Below are positions 54,856 through 64,000 of a stretch of 64,000 nt of DNA, piece by piece. Location of the stretch: positions 76,465-140,464 of the forward strand of contig CAZOVA010000001.1 of the NCBI GenBank assembly GCA_964583625.1, in the 5' to 3' direction. This stretch comes from an uncultured Pseudomonadales bacterium. GTDB lineage: Bacteria; Patescibacteriota; Microgenomatia; UBA1400; PJMF01. The notes beneath the pieces were generated by a model. The model was not told the origin of the DNA. It did no database searches and worked only from the letters and a program-made list of their open reading frames with translations. Numbering within the stretch: the first letter of the stretch is position 1; the number at the start of each line of letters is the position of its first letter. The position numbers and the translations under genes are program-made.

Positions 54856-56625
54856 TTGTTTATGTTTACTAAAAATTTACCTATAAAGGTTCGGTCTTTG
54901 TTCTATGACGGTATTTTTACTCAGTTAACGAAGTTTACTTTTATTTTCCTTATTCTTTGTTTCTTTTTAAGGAGTGATGCTAGGGCGCAAACCACAGTTG
55001 AGCAACAATGGGTGAAAAGTTTTGGCGGAGGCAGTGAAGACCTCTTTCTTTCTTTAGTTACTACTAATGATGGTGGTTATTTAGTCGCCGGGCAAAGCAA
55101 ATCTACTAATGCCGGTTTTACCAATCAAGGAGGATTTGATGCCATCATTGTTAAATACGATAGTGCTGATAATCAAGAGTGGGTAAAGAACTTTGGCGGC
55201 AGCGGTAATGATTATTTTACTTACATTGTTAAGGCCAATGATGGTGGCTATTTAGCTGCCGGAATAAGTAGCTCTACTAATGCCGGTTTTACCAATCAAG
55301 GAGGATTTGATGCCATCATTGTTAAATATGATAGTAATTACGTCCAACAATGGGTGAAAAATTTTGGGGGTGGCAATATTGATGCTTTTAAATTCCTTAA
55401 TGCCACCAATGATGGTGGTTATTTGGCTGTTGGTTATAGTTATTCCACCAATGCTAGTTTTGTTAATAAAGGAAGTTCTGATGCCATCATTATTAAATAC
55501 GACAGCGCTGGTAATCAAGAGTGGGCAAAGAACTTTGGTGGAGGCAGTGATGATTATTTTTTTGCCTCTATTTCTAACTCTGAGAATGGTTATTTGGCTG
55601 TTGGTTATAGTTATTCCACCAATGCCGGCTTCACTAATAAAGGGGGGATTGATGCTGTTTTAGTTAAATACGACAGTGCTGGCAATCAGCAATGGGTGAA
55701 AAATTTTGGGGGAAGTGGTAGTGATGATTTTTACTCTCTGATTAATACCGGTGATGGTGGCTATTTAGCTAGTGGTGATAGCAGTTCCACCAATGCCGGC
55801 TTCACTAATAAAGGGGGGATTGATGCTGTTTTAGTTAAATACGACAGTGCTGGCAATCAGCAATGGGTGAAAAATTTTGGGGGTGGAGGCAGTGATCACT
55901 TTTTTTCTCCTATTAATACCAGCGATGGCGGGTATTTGGTAACTGGCAATAGCGGTTCCACCAATGCTGGCTTCACTAATAAAGGGGGAATTGATACTAT
56001 TTTAGTTAAATACGACAGTGCTGGCAATCAGCAATGGGTGAAAAATTTTGGTGGGGGCAGTGATGACGGCTCTGCTTGCCTCATTGCCAATAGCAGCGGT
56101 GATTATTTGCTGGTTGGTGATAGCCGTTCCACCAATGCCGGATTCACTAATAAAGGAATGAATGACGGCGTTTTAATCAAGTACAAAACCTATCTGCTCT
56201 CGGCCTATCCTCAAGCTCAATTAGATTACCAAGCACCTGACCCTCAACTTCCCTTTAATATCAAAGAACTAAGTCCCAAAGACCAAGAAACCAGTATTAG
56301 TGGTCAATTAATAGCCAATAAAGAAACTAAAACTTATAATTTAAGTTTAGAACTGAAAGATGGTAATACTTTAATTAAAACCTATACTTTAAATAACTTT
56401 CAAGTACCTGCTAATAATACTAAAACCTTTAACTTTACCATTCCCACCATTGATTTTAATCCTTCAGTCTCCAACTTTACCTTTCAAGGTCCACATGTTC
56501 TTAAAATTACCGATACTAGTAATAATCTAACCACTACCCTTAACTGGAATCTTACCTTTTCTTTTCCTGCCTATAATATCTTGCATCAAATCAATGGTGG
56601 GAATTATATTAGGGTGTATAGATAG
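54856..56625 (+). CDS. secreted beta-propeller repeat protein (about 13 tandem roughly 46-aa SBBP-like repeats) plus C-terminal beta-sandwich-like domain
   Basis: Repeat unit WVKNFGGGSDD…DGGYL..G.S.STNAGFTNKGGIDA.LVKYDSAGNQQ recurs about 13 times. Several copies are near-identical at the DNA level (for example about 55617-55710 versus 55782-55875). Confidence 0.65.
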   Translation: MFMFTKNLPIKVRSLFYDGIFTQLTKFTFIFLILCFFLRSDARAQTTVEQQWVKSFGGGSEDLFLSLVTTNDGGYLVAGQSKSTNAGFTNQGGFDAIIVKYDSADNQEWVKNFGGSGNDYFTYIVKANDGGYLAAGISSSTNAGFTNQGGFDAIIVKYDSNYVQQWVKNFGGGNIDAFKFLNATNDGGYLAVGYSYSTNASFVNKGSSDAIIIKYDSAGNQEWAKNFGGGSDDYFFASISNSENGYLAVGYSYSTNAGFTNKGGIDAVLVKYDSAGNQQWVKNFGGSGSDDFYSLINTGDGGYLASGDSSSTNAGFTNKGGIDAVLVKYDSAGNQQWVKNFGGGGSDHFFSPINTSDGGYLVTGNSGSTNAGFTNKGGIDTILVKYDSAGNQQWVKNFGGGSDDGSACLIANSSGDYLLVGDSRSTNAGFTNKGMNDGVLIKYKTYLLSAYPQAQLDYQAPDPQLPFNIKELSPKDQETSISGQLIANKETKTYNLSLELKDGNTLIKTYTLNNFQVPANNTKTFNFTIPTIDFNPSVSNFTFQGPHVLKITDTSNNLTTTLNWNLTFSFPAYNILHQINGGNYIRVYR

Positions 56626-56731
56626 CTTTTGCTTTTTTAGTTTCATATTTTAGCCAAAAAAACAACAGAGCCTATTTCTAGTTAAAACAAAAAAAGTATT
56701 TCTATACTGTTTGAAGAAAAAAGTTTTTAGC

Positions 56732-57205
56732 TTATCGGGCTGGCGATTTTGTTGCCGCCTTGGTGGCCACCTTTGCTTCACTAGAGGCTGACAAAATCGC
56801 CTGAACTAAACCTTCAATAAAATGAACATTGAGTTGTCCTTCGGTAGTAGCTTCAGTCTCCACTTCTATCTCTTTGATAGAAGGGGCAAGGGAAGAAGTA
56901 ATTTGTGCTTTATTCTTTTCTTCTTGCACCGCTTGCCACTGTTGATCCGAGTAAGTTCTGACAGTTAGCATAATTCTTTCCCATTCTGGTCGAAAAACAT
57001 TCAAGAGGAGGAAAATGGCCGTGACCCAGATAAAAAACCAAACAATACACATAATAATCAATTTTTTAACTGGTGATTTTGATTCAGCTTCTTTGGTTAA
57101 GCCATTATTATTATTGCCTGTTTGACTCACGAGAGGAGCCGTGCTTTTTGTTGGTTTTTTTACTTCTTTGGTGGGCAAACGAAACTTAAGCTTATCTTTT
57201 TTCAT
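56732..57205 (-). CDS. hypothetical bitopic membrane protein (157 aa)
   Basis: Basic N-terminus, one TM (LIIMCIVWFFIWVTAIFLLLNVF), A/K-rich C-terminus. Confidence 0.5.
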   Translation of the reverse strand: MKKDKLKFRLPTKEVKKPTKSTAPLVSQTGNNNNGLTKEAESKSPVKKLIIMCIVWFFIWVTAIFLLLNVFRPEWERIMLTVRTYSDQQWQAVQEEKNKAQITSSLAPSIKEIEVETEATTEGQLNVHFIEGLVQAILSASSEAKVATKAATKSPAR

Positions 57206-57363
57206 AAAAATTATTTACCCATTATAACAATATTTCCTTAGAAAAGAAAAATTTTAATTTATTTAAGCTTAATTCCTCTTGAAAAGAGAAGAATTATATT
57301 TTCATTTTACTCAATAAGACAACTAAAATCAGGCAGACAGCGATTTTTCTTGAAAATTACCTC

Positions 57364-57391
57364 TTGACGATCTATTCAACTATGGTATAAT
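57364..57391 (+). promoter_or_regulatory. S10 operon promoter TTGACG-16-TGgTATAAT (contains the recurring TATGGTATAAT 11-mer)
   Basis: ctcTTGACGatctattcaactaTGGTATAATcc about 110 nt upstream of rpsJ. Confidence 0.5.
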
Positions 57392-57499
57392 CCCCATTCT
57401 TATTAACAAATTTAGCAAGGCTTCGTCAACTGTTACAAATCTCAACAGATTGTATATAAGGATGGGCGAATATCGGTTGCCAAACCGGAAAAGGAAATC

Positions 57500-57829
57500 A
57501 TGGCTAGTAAAAACGATAAAAAAAGCGCTTACAAAATTCGAGTGCGTCTCAAATCATACGATCATCGGGTGATTGATGAGGCCGCCAATAAAGTTTTGGA
57601 TACTGCTTTGACTACTGGTGCTCAGGTAATCGGCCCAGTTCCTTTGCCCACAGAAAAAAAATGGTTTACGGTTCTAACTTCCCCGCATACAGACAAAGAT
57701 GCGCAGGAGCACTATGTGATTAGAACTCACAAAAGAGTTATTGACATCGTGGAACCAACCAATAAAACTATAGATAATTTAATTCATCTCGAATTACCAT
57801 CTGGAGTTGATATTCAAGTAAAAATGTAA
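57500..57829 (+). CDS. rpsJ: 30S ribosomal protein uS10
   Basis: [15 protein letters not shown]…[16 protein letters not shown]…; SD AAAGGAAA. Confidence 0.9.
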   Translation: MASKNDKKSAYKIRVRLKSYDHRVIDEAANKVLDTALTTGAQVIGPVPLPTEKKWFTVLTSPHTDKDAQEHYVIRTHKRVIDIVEPTNKTIDNLIHLELPSGVDIQVKM

Positions 57830-57847
57830 GAGATTTGGAAAAATTTT

Positions 57848-58708
57848 ATGATTCAGACTTTTTTTGCCACTAAAAAATCTATGACCCAAGCTTGGGATAA
57901 GCAAGGACGTCGAGTGGCGATTACCAAATTAATTGTTGAACCAAATCTCGTTGTTGGTGAAAGAATGACTCAAGTAAAAACCGACAAAACTCTGGCTTCT
58001 TCCTGGAAAGAACAGAAAATTTTGGAAATCGGTTATGGACAGAAAAAATTGAAAAATCAAACCAAACCTTTGCGCTCACGCCTCCAAAAACTTAATTTTA
58101 CTACTGGAGTCCGACAAATTGTCGGCGTTCGCGTGGACGGGAATGATACCTTGTCTCCTGGACAAGCTTTACCAGTAGAACAAATCCTCAAAGTAGGCAG
58201 TTTGGTCAAAGTTCGTGGCACGACCAAGGGTCGTGGCTTTGCGGGCGCAGTGAAGCGTTATGGTTTTGCTGGTGGTCCAAAAACTCACGGTCAGTCAGAT
58301 CGTTTGCGAGCAGTGGGATCTATTGGTAATCGTACTACTCCTGGTAGAGTGTGGTTGGGAAAGAGAATGCCAGGTCATTACGGTGATGAAAAACAGACCG
58401 TTAGTGGTTTAGTGATTGCCCACTTTGATCAAGACAAACAGGAACTGTGGGTGACAGGAACTATTCCTGGGGCCTTCAATTCATTGGTACAAATCACTTT
58501 GACTGGTAAAAACAAGAAAAATTTTGCTCTAAATTTATCTTCCTCTCAAAATGAGGAAAAAGCAGAAGAGGAAAAAGGAGAAAAAGAAATAGCAGTTGAA
58601 ACTAAAACAGAGCCAAGTGAAAAAACTAAAACCGAAGTTTCCGCGGAAAGTCAAGATCAGGTAAAAACTGAAGAAAAAAAAGAAACTCAAGAGGAGAAAG
58701 AAGCTTAA
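57848..58708 (+). CDS. rplC: 50S ribosomal protein uL3 with about 75-aa K/E-rich C-terminal extension
   Basis: L3 core (…GTTKGRGFAGAVKRYGFAGGPKTHGQS…) then a low-complexity EEK-rich tail. Confidence 0.9.
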   Translation: MIQTFFATKKSMTQAWDKQGRRVAITKLIVEPNLVVGERMTQVKTDKTLASSWKEQKILEIGYGQKKLKNQTKPLRSRLQKLNFTTGVRQIVGVRVDGNDTLSPGQALPVEQILKVGSLVKVRGTTKGRGFAGAVKRYGFAGGPKTHGQSDRLRAVGSIGNRTTPGRVWLGKRMPGHYGDEKQTVSGLVIAHFDQDKQELWVTGTIPGAFNSLVQITLTGKNKKNFALNLSSSQNEEKAEEEKGEKEIAVETKTEPSEKTKTEVSAESQDQVKTEEKKETQEEKEA

Positions 58709-58711
58709 GTC

Positions 58712-59311
58712 ATGCAAAAAAGTCAAGAATTTGATAAAAAACTTTTCGCTGGTGAGATTAAAGAAGAGCTGATTGCTCAAGCAGCCCAAGTATTCTTAAG
58801 TAATCAGAGACAAGTAACAGCCAAAACCAAAACTCGGAGCGAAGTGCGTTTTACCAAGAAAAAATGGTATCGCCAAAAAGGAACAGGCAATGCTCGTCAC
58901 GGAGCTCGCACACCAGCTATTTTTGTTGGGGGCGGAGTTTCTCATGGACCCAATGGTCAGCAAAATTATCAACGACAGCTTAATAGCAAAATGAAGAAAA
59001 AAGCTCTTTTAAGCGCTTTGGCTTTGCAGGCAGATAAGATTTTTATTGATGATGTTTTTACCAAAGTAGACGGCAAAACTAAGTCAGCAGTCAAGGCTTT
59101 GGCCGACAATTTAAAAAATAATCAACGTTTGCTTTTGGTAGTGGAAGAAAAAACTCCTGATCTTTTGCGTAGTTACAATAATTTGGAACAGGTATTTTTG
59201 GTCACTAGTCGTTATTTAAATCTTATGCATATTCTCAATGCTGACCAAATTATTATTAATCCCAATGGCGCTAAAGCTTTAGCGGCAAGGTTATTAGAGG
59301 AGGGTAAATAA
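58712..59311 (+). CDS. rplD: 50S ribosomal protein uL4
   Basis: …KGTGNARHGARTPAIFVGGGVSHGP…. Confidence 0.9.
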   Translation: MQKSQEFDKKLFAGEIKEELIAQAAQVFLSNQRQVTAKTKTRSEVRFTKKKWYRQKGTGNARHGARTPAIFVGGGVSHGPNGQQNYQRQLNSKMKKKALLSALALQADKIFIDDVFTKVDGKTKSAVKALADNLKNNQRLLLVVEEKTPDLLRSYNNLEQVFLVTSRYLNLMHILNADQIIINPNGAKALAARLLEEGK

Positions 59312-59616
59312 TGAGTAGTCCTTTTATTATCAAAAGCCCTTTGGTAACCGAAAAAACTTTGCAGTTGGCAGAAAAAGAAAATACTTATGTCTTTTTTGTA
59401 TCTCCAGATGCAGAAAAAAATCAAATTAAAAAAATGATTCGTGATTTATTTAAAGTAGAAGTAAAGTCAGTCAATACTGTTTTAGGTTATCGGGGCAATA
59501 AAAAAACTGGTCGTAAACGTCTAACAGTTAGTTGTCAAAGACATAAAAAAGCTTTGGTTAAACTCAAATCAGGACAAAAAATCGAGCTTTTTGATGTGGA
59601 AGGTAAAGCGGAGTAA
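59311..59616 (+). CDS. rplW: 50S ribosomal protein uL23
   Basis: IIKSPLVTEKT…YVFFVSPDAEKNQIKKMIRDLFKVEV. Confidence 0.85.
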   Translation: MSSPFIIKSPLVTEKTLQLAEKENTYVFFVSPDAEKNQIKKMIRDLFKVEVKSVNTVLGYRGNKKTGRKRLTVSCQRHKKALVKLKSGQKIELFDVEGKAE

Positions 59617-59622
59617 AAGATT

Positions 59623-60453
59623 ATGTTAAAAAAAGTTAAACCAACTAGCAGCGGTCGACGCAACCGAGTCGATATAAAAACTCCTGGCCTTTCTAGTACC
59701 AAGCCAGAAAAGTCATTATTGAAAAAAGGTCACTCCAAACGTCAAGGGCGTGGTTATAAGGGCAGAATTACAGTCAGACATCGTGGTGGTGGCGTGAAGC
59801 GTCTTTATCGAAAAGTTGATTTCAAACGTAATAAAATTGGAGTAGAGGGAGTGGTCAAACAAATCGAATACGATCCACATCGTTCTGCTCATATTGCTTT
59901 GGTTTATTATCTCGATGGTGAAAAGCGCTATGTTTTGGCCACTGAGGGAATGAAAGCTGGCGATCGGATTTTACATCAAGAAAAAGCTGAAGTAAAAGCT
60001 GGTAATACTATGCCTTTGCAACACATTCCTCTTGGTATGCCAATTCACAATTTAGAATTAGAACCAGGAAGAGGAGCTAAATTGGTGCGTAGTGCTGGCG
60101 CAGGAGCGATTATTCAGTCCAAAGATGAGAAATTTGCGACTGTTCTACTACCTTCTAAAGAAATTCGTTTATTCAAACTCGACTGTTTAGCGACTATTGG
60201 TCAGATCGGTAATAGCGATCATAAAAATGAAAAACTCGGCAAAGCTGGTCGTCGTCGCTTGATGGGCATTCGTCCTGGAGTGCGTGGCACAGCTCAACAT
60301 CCAGGATCTCATCCTCATGGTGGTGGTGAGGGTCGAACAGGAATTGGTATGCCTCATCCCAAGACTCCTTGGGGCAAACCCGCTCTAGGTTTTAAAACCC
60401 GTAAAAAAAGTAAATCACGCAAAATGATTGTCAGAGACAGAAGGATAAAATAA
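59623..60453 (+). CDS. rplB: 50S ribosomal protein uL2
   Basis: …[18 protein letters not shown]…[25 protein letters not shown]…. Confidence 0.95.
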   Translation: MLKKVKPTSSGRRNRVDIKTPGLSSTKPEKSLLKKGHSKRQGRGYKGRITVRHRGGGVKRLYRKVDFKRNKIGVEGVVKQIEYDPHRSAHIALVYYLDGEKRYVLATEGMKAGDRILHQEKAEVKAGNTMPLQHIPLGMPIHNLELEPGRGAKLVRSAGAGAIIQSKDEKFATVLLPSKEIRLFKLDCLATIGQIGNSDHKNEKLGKAGRRRLMGIRPGVRGTAQHPGSHPHGGGEGRTGIGMPHPKTPWGKPALGFKTRKKSKSRKMIVRDRRIK

Positions 60454-60454
60454 T

Positions 60455-60739
60455 ATGAGTCGCAGTATCAAAAAAGGTCCATTTATTGATGAAAAATTGC
60501 TCAAGAAAGTTTTGGCTCAAAAAGCTGATGGTGGTAAGGTAGCGATCAAGACTTGGTCTCGTACCTGTGTCATTCCACCAGAATTTGTCGGTCACACTTT
60601 TAGCATTCATCAAGGAAAAAAATTCATTGATGTTTTTATTACAGAAACTATGGTCGGCCATAAATTGGGAGAATTCGCTCCCACCAGAACCTTCAAAGGT
60701 CATGGTCGGATTGTTAAACGGGTATTGACCAAAACTTAA
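60455..60739 (+). CDS. rpsS: 30S ribosomal protein uS19
   Basis: [18 protein letters not shown]…[34 protein letters not shown]. Confidence 0.9.
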   Translation: MSRSIKKGPFIDEKLLKKVLAQKADGGKVAIKTWSRTCVIPPEFVGHTFSIHQGKKFIDVFITETMVGHKLGEFAPTRTFKGHGRIVKRVLTKT

Positions 60740-60760
60740 ACTTGATGGGAAAAGAATTTT

Positions 60761-61270
60761 ATGACAATTATTATTGCTGAACAAAAAAATCTTCGCCAGT
60801 CGTCACGTAAAGTGCGTCTGGTGGCCAATCAAGTAAAAAAACTTACCTTGAGTCAAGCGGTGGAACAATTAGCTCTGATACAAAGAAAAAGTTCTTTGGC
60901 AATTCTGAAAGTTTGTCGTCAAGCGCTAGCCAATGCTTCACACAATTATCAACTAGAGGCTGAGCAATTATTCTTAAAAGACATTGTTATTAGTGATGGA
61001 CCAATCTTGAAAAGAATGCGAGCTGTCAGTCGTGGAAGAGGCCACTCCATTCAAAAAAGAACTTGCCACGTCAAAGTTATCTTGATAACTGCTGATGAAA
61101 AAACAAAACCAACTTTGAAAAAAGTTACTCAAAAACCAGCAAAAGCAGTAGTTAAGCAAAATACTTCAACCAAAAGTGAAAAACAAACCAAGGTTGAAAA
61201 AACTAAGCTTCAAAAAACTTCTATTAAGCCAGCAAAAGATAAAAAAGCGAAGGTAAAGGAAAATAAATAA
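60761..61270 (+). CDS. rplV: 50S ribosomal protein uL22 with about 55-aa Lys-rich C-terminal extension
   Basis: L22 core (…RKVRLVANQVKKLTLSQAVEQLALIQRKSSLAI…) plus K-rich tail. Confidence 0.9.
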   Translation: MTIIIAEQKNLRQSSRKVRLVANQVKKLTLSQAVEQLALIQRKSSLAILKVCRQALANASHNYQLEAEQLFLKDIVISDGPILKRMRAVSRGRGHSIQKRTCHVKVILITADEKTKPTLKKVTQKPAKAVVKQNTSTKSEKQTKVEKTKLQKTSIKPAKDKKAKVKENK

Positions 61271-61271
61271 T

Positions 61272-61916
61272 ATGGGACAAAAAGTAAATCCAATCGGCTA
61301 TCGTGTGGGGGTAACCCAAAAAGCGAAATCTAAATGGTTTGCGCCAAAAGGGGACTATGGTGCCCTTTTATTGCAAGATAAAAAATTGCGCCTTCTCCTC
61401 AATCGAGAATTGAAGAATGCTGGTCTAGTGAAGTCTGAAATTGAGCGCTCAGTCAATTCTTTACGTTTGACTATTTTTGTTTCACGCCCCGGAGTTGTTA
61501 TTGGTAAGGGAGGATCTAGTTTGGAAATTTTACGTAAAAAAATTGATAAATTGATTATAGATAAAAAAGGTGAAAAAACCAAAGTTGATATTAAAGTCGA
61601 AGAAGTTAAAAGACCAGACTTATCAGCCAAATTGGTGGCAGAAAGAATTGCTGATCAAATTATCAAGCGCTTTCCTCATCGACGAGCGATTTCTCAAGCT
61701 TTGGAAAAAGCTATGGCTGCTGGAGCTAAAGGTATTAAAATCCAATTGGCTGGCAGAATTGGAGGAGCGGAAATTTCTCGAACAGAGAAATATTTTGAAG
61801 GGAGCATTCCCACTCAAACTTTGAGAGCTAATATTGATTATTTTGAAATGCCAATCCACACTAAATCTGGCTATGTCGGAGTTAAGGTCTGGATTTACAA
61901 AGGACAACTTTTTTAA
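61272..61916 (+). CDS. rpsC: 30S ribosomal protein uS3
   Basis: MGQKVNPIGYRVGVTQ…; KH domain. Confidence 0.95.
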   Translation: MGQKVNPIGYRVGVTQKAKSKWFAPKGDYGALLLQDKKLRLLLNRELKNAGLVKSEIERSVNSLRLTIFVSRPGVVIGKGGSSLEILRKKIDKLIIDKKGEKTKVDIKVEEVKRPDLSAKLVAERIADQIIKRFPHRRAISQALEKAMAAGAKGIKIQLAGRIGGAEISRTEKYFEGSIPTQTLRANIDYFEMPIHTKSGYVGVKVWIYKGQLF

Positions 61917-61928
61917 GGATTAAAATTT

Positions 61929-62339
61929 ATGTTACAACCCAAGAAAAGAAAATATCGTAAAAGTTTTCGAGGTAAAACCCGCGGTTTAGCCATGCGTGGC
62001 AATACAATTGCTTTTGGTGATTTTGGGTTGAAAGTTTTGGAAGCTGGCCGTTTAAGTGACCGTGAAATTGAAGCCGCTCGTAAAAAAATCACTTTTGCTA
62101 CTAAAAAGGCAGGCAAATATTGGATTCGCGTTTTTCCTCACCGTCCAGTGACAAAAAAACCAGTGGGAGTAAAAATGGGGAGCGGTAAGGGAGATATTGA
62201 TCATTATGTCGCTATAGTGAAACCAGGAGCAATCATTTTTGAACTCGGTGGCGTCAATTTATTAACAGCCAAAGAGGCTTTTATTAAAGCGGGACGCAAA
62301 CTCTCAGTCAAAACTACGCTAGTAAGCAAGGAAAATTAA
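61929..62339 (+). CDS. rplP: 50S ribosomal protein uL16
   Basis: MLQPKKRKYRKSFRGKTRG…. Confidence 0.95.
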   Translation: MLQPKKRKYRKSFRGKTRGLAMRGNTIAFGDFGLKVLEAGRLSDREIEAARKKITFATKKAGKYWIRVFPHRPVTKKPVGVKMGSGKGDIDHYVAIVKPGAIIFELGGVNLLTAKEAFIKAGRKLSVKTTLVSKEN

Positions 62340-62343
62340 ACCT

Positions 62344-62550
62344 ATGAAACATCAAGAATTAAAAAACTGGCGGGAAAAAGACGAGACAGCAATCAAGGCA
62401 GAAATTAAGTCTTTATCAGAAAAATTAACTAGTGCTTATTTAGCCAAAAGCGCTCGCAAACTGAACAATGTTGGTCTGATTAAAACTTTTAAAACTGATA
62501 TCGCTCGATTGAAAACTATTTTACGTGAGCGGGAAATGGAAAGAACTTAA
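62344..62550 (+). CDS. rpmC: 50S ribosomal protein uL29
   Basis: MKHQELKNWREKDETAIKAEIKSL… coiled-coil L29. Confidence 0.85.
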   Translation: MKHQELKNWREKDETAIKAEIKSLSEKLTSAYLAKSARKLNNVGLIKTFKTDIARLKTILREREMERT

Positions 62551-62554
62551 ATTT

Positions 62555-62785
62555 ATGAAAACTTTGACCGGAACTATAGTTTCTTTGAAAAACACCGATA
62601 CAGCCTTGGTAGAAGTAGAAAATCGCTATCAACACCCACTTTATAAAAAATTTCTACGCAAAACCAAGAGATACGCTTGTCAAGTAGATAAGGGCTCCAA
62701 ATTAACTTTGGGACAAAAAGTAACAATTGTCTCTTGCCGACCGATCAGTAAAACTAAAACTTTTAAGGTTGTTAAGGAAAAATAA
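62555..62785 (+). CDS. rpsQ: 30S ribosomal protein uS17
   Basis: [45 protein letters not shown]… Start moved to the ATG at 62555, just after the L29 stop. Confidence 0.85.
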   Translation: MKTLTGTIVSLKNTDTALVEVENRYQHPLYKKFLRKTKRYACQVDKGSKLTLGQKVTIVSCRPISKTKTFKVVKEK

Positions 62786-62787
62786 TT

Positions 62788-63162
62788 ATGATTCAACTTC
62801 GTTCTGTTTTACAAGTCGCCGATAATTCTGGAGCTAAAAACTTGCGTGTTATCTGTGTCCATGGTGGCTCCAAACGTCGTTTTGGTTATCTAGCAAATAA
62901 AATTACTGCTTCAGTGATCAAAGCCGACCCCAATGGCACCGTTAAAAAAGGAGAAAAGGTCAAGGCAGTTGTCGTCCGCACCCGCAAAGAATATCAACGT
63001 CCAGGCGGAGAGCTGGTTCGTTTTAGCGACAATGCCGCCGTGATTATTACTTCTTTGGAAAATTTAGATCCAGTTGGCACTAGAGTTTTTGGCCCAGTGG
63101 CTCGTGAGGTGAAAAACGCTGGTTTTACAAAAATTGCCAATTTAGCAGCGGAGGTACTCTAA
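62788..63162 (+). CDS. rplN: 50S ribosomal protein uL14
   Basis: [27 protein letters not shown]…. Confidence 0.95.
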   Translation: MIQLRSVLQVADNSGAKNLRVICVHGGSKRRFGYLANKITASVIKADPNGTVKKGEKVKAVVVRTRKEYQRPGGELVRFSDNAAVIITSLENLDPVGTRVFGPVAREVKNAGFTKIANLAAEVL

Positions 63163-63163
63163 T

Positions 63164-63478
63164 ATGAAATTTAAAATTAATGATCAAGTAATTGTGACCG
63201 CAGGCAAAGACAAAGGTAAAAAAGCTAAAATTACCAAAGTTTTGCCAAAGGTTGATAAAGTGATCGTCGCTGGCGCTAATCTTTACACCAAGCATTTACG
63301 TAAAATGCCAGGAAAAGCTGGAGAAATAGTCAAAAAAGAAAGACCCTTGTCAGTTGCTAAGATCGCGATCTTAAATGAAAAGGGTCAACCAGACAGAATC
63401 GGTTATTTGCTCAAAGATGGTAAAAAAGTGCGAATTTTTAGAAAAACCAAAACTATTATTGATGAGAAAAAAAGATAA
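63164..63478 (+). CDS. rplX: 50S ribosomal protein uL24
   Basis: KFKINDQVIVTAGKDKGKKAKITKV… KOW motif. Confidence 0.9.
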   Translation: MKFKINDQVIVTAGKDKGKKAKITKVLPKVDKVIVAGANLYTKHLRKMPGKAGEIVKKERPLSVAKIAILNEKGQPDRIGYLLKDGKKVRIFRKTKTIIDEKKR

Positions 63479-63484
63479 GCTTAT

Positions 63485-64000
63485 ATGAATAGACTTAAAG
63501 AAAGATATCAAAAAGAAATTGTTGCTACTTTACAAAAAGAGCTCAATTATAAAAGCAGCTTTCAAGTGCCTCGATTGAAAAAGATCGTGGTCAATATGGG
63601 TGTGACCGATCCCGCTGATCCTCGAGCTCGCAGTCAGATTATGCCCAATCTCAAAGCTCAAATTGCTTTAATTTCTGGCCAAGAACCACAAATCACCAAA
63701 GCCAAGAAAGCAATTTCCAACTTTAAGTTGCGTCAAGGAGATCCGATGGGAGTCATGGTGACTTTGCGCGGAGAAAGAATGTGGGAGTTTTTGGATAAAC
63801 TAATTGCTATTGTCTTGCCGAGAGTCAAAGATTTTCGTGGAGTCAGTCGCACCGCTTTTGATGGTCAGGGAAACTATAGTTTGGGGATTGAAGAACAAAT
63901 TATTTTTCCTGAAATAGCTTATGATCAAATTGATCGAGTACGAAGCTTGCAGGTAAATTTTATTACCAATAGTAGCGACCAAGAAGCTTACCGTCTATTG
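63485..64000 (+). CDS. rplE: 50S ribosomal protein uL5 (3' end beyond the window)
   Basis: MNRLKERYQKEIVATLQKELNYKSSFQVPRLKKIVVNMGV… continues in frame to the window edge. Confidence 0.85.
   Translation, partial: MNRLKERYQKEIVATLQKELNYKSSFQVPRLKKIVVNMGVTDPADPRARSQIMPNLKAQIALISGQEPQITKAKKAISNFKLRQGDPMGVMVTLRGERMWEFLDKLIAIVLPRVKDFRGVSRTAFDGQGNYSLGIEEQIIFPEIAYDQIDRVRSLQVNFITNSSDQEAYRLL

Noticed and set aside
54856-56200. Regularly spaced DNA repeats that could superficially resemble a CRISPR array.
   Set aside because: The repeats are in-frame coding repeats of a beta-propeller protein. They are unequally diverged, have no unique spacers of constant length, and there are no cas genes.

Overview
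The window is low-GC (roughly 36-38%) bacterial sequence of Candidate Phyla Radiation (Patescibacteria/Saccharibacteria-like) character. Evidence for that: small, gene-dense housekeeping operons; large K/E-rich hypothetical proteins; ribosomal proteins with C-terminal extensions; membrane-anchored rather than lipoprotein solute-binding protein; pilin-like small membrane proteins.

Core content recognised from the ORF translations: valS, rpoD, typA, lepA, rny, secG, secY-adk-map, rpsU, rpsT, prmC, an Nnr dehydratase, hrcA-grpE without dnaK, recO, an rpsO-rpsL-rpsG-fusA-tuf unit, and the S10/spc ribosomal cluster (rpsJ to rplE, running off the 3' end). There is also a cell-envelope glycan cluster (GT4, IspD/TarI-like cytidylyltransferase, GT2, Wzy/O-antigen-ligase-like), two GT-C-like membrane proteins, and one tRNA-Pro(UGG).

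Accessory or unusual content, which is where the hunt concentrated:
(i) A tandem array of four signal-peptide + two-TM-hairpin genes, TrbC/VirB2-like T4SS pilin architecture, with its own consensus-like promoter, a 417-bp perfect internal duplication, and in-frame short tandem repeats. It sits next to two large surface proteins.
(ii) A roughly 0.9-kb high-GC (about 57%) single-gene insert encoding a secreted protein. It lies where dnaK would normally follow hrcA-grpE, is bracketed by stem-loops and palindromes, and has two Shine-Dalgarno-equipped in-frame starts.
(iii) An orphan NrdG/QueE-like radical-SAM gene directly downstream of tRNA-Pro, behind a perfect TTGACA-17-TATAAT promoter and a long structured leader.
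(iv) A VirB6/TrbL-like polytopic membrane protein convergent with a 1179-aa acidic cytoplasmic giant.

Hand-derived coordinates for non-CDS elements may be off by about 1 nt. When I cross-checked my manual counting against the ORF track near 42.0-42.7 kb I found a 1-nt discrepancy that I could not resolve.
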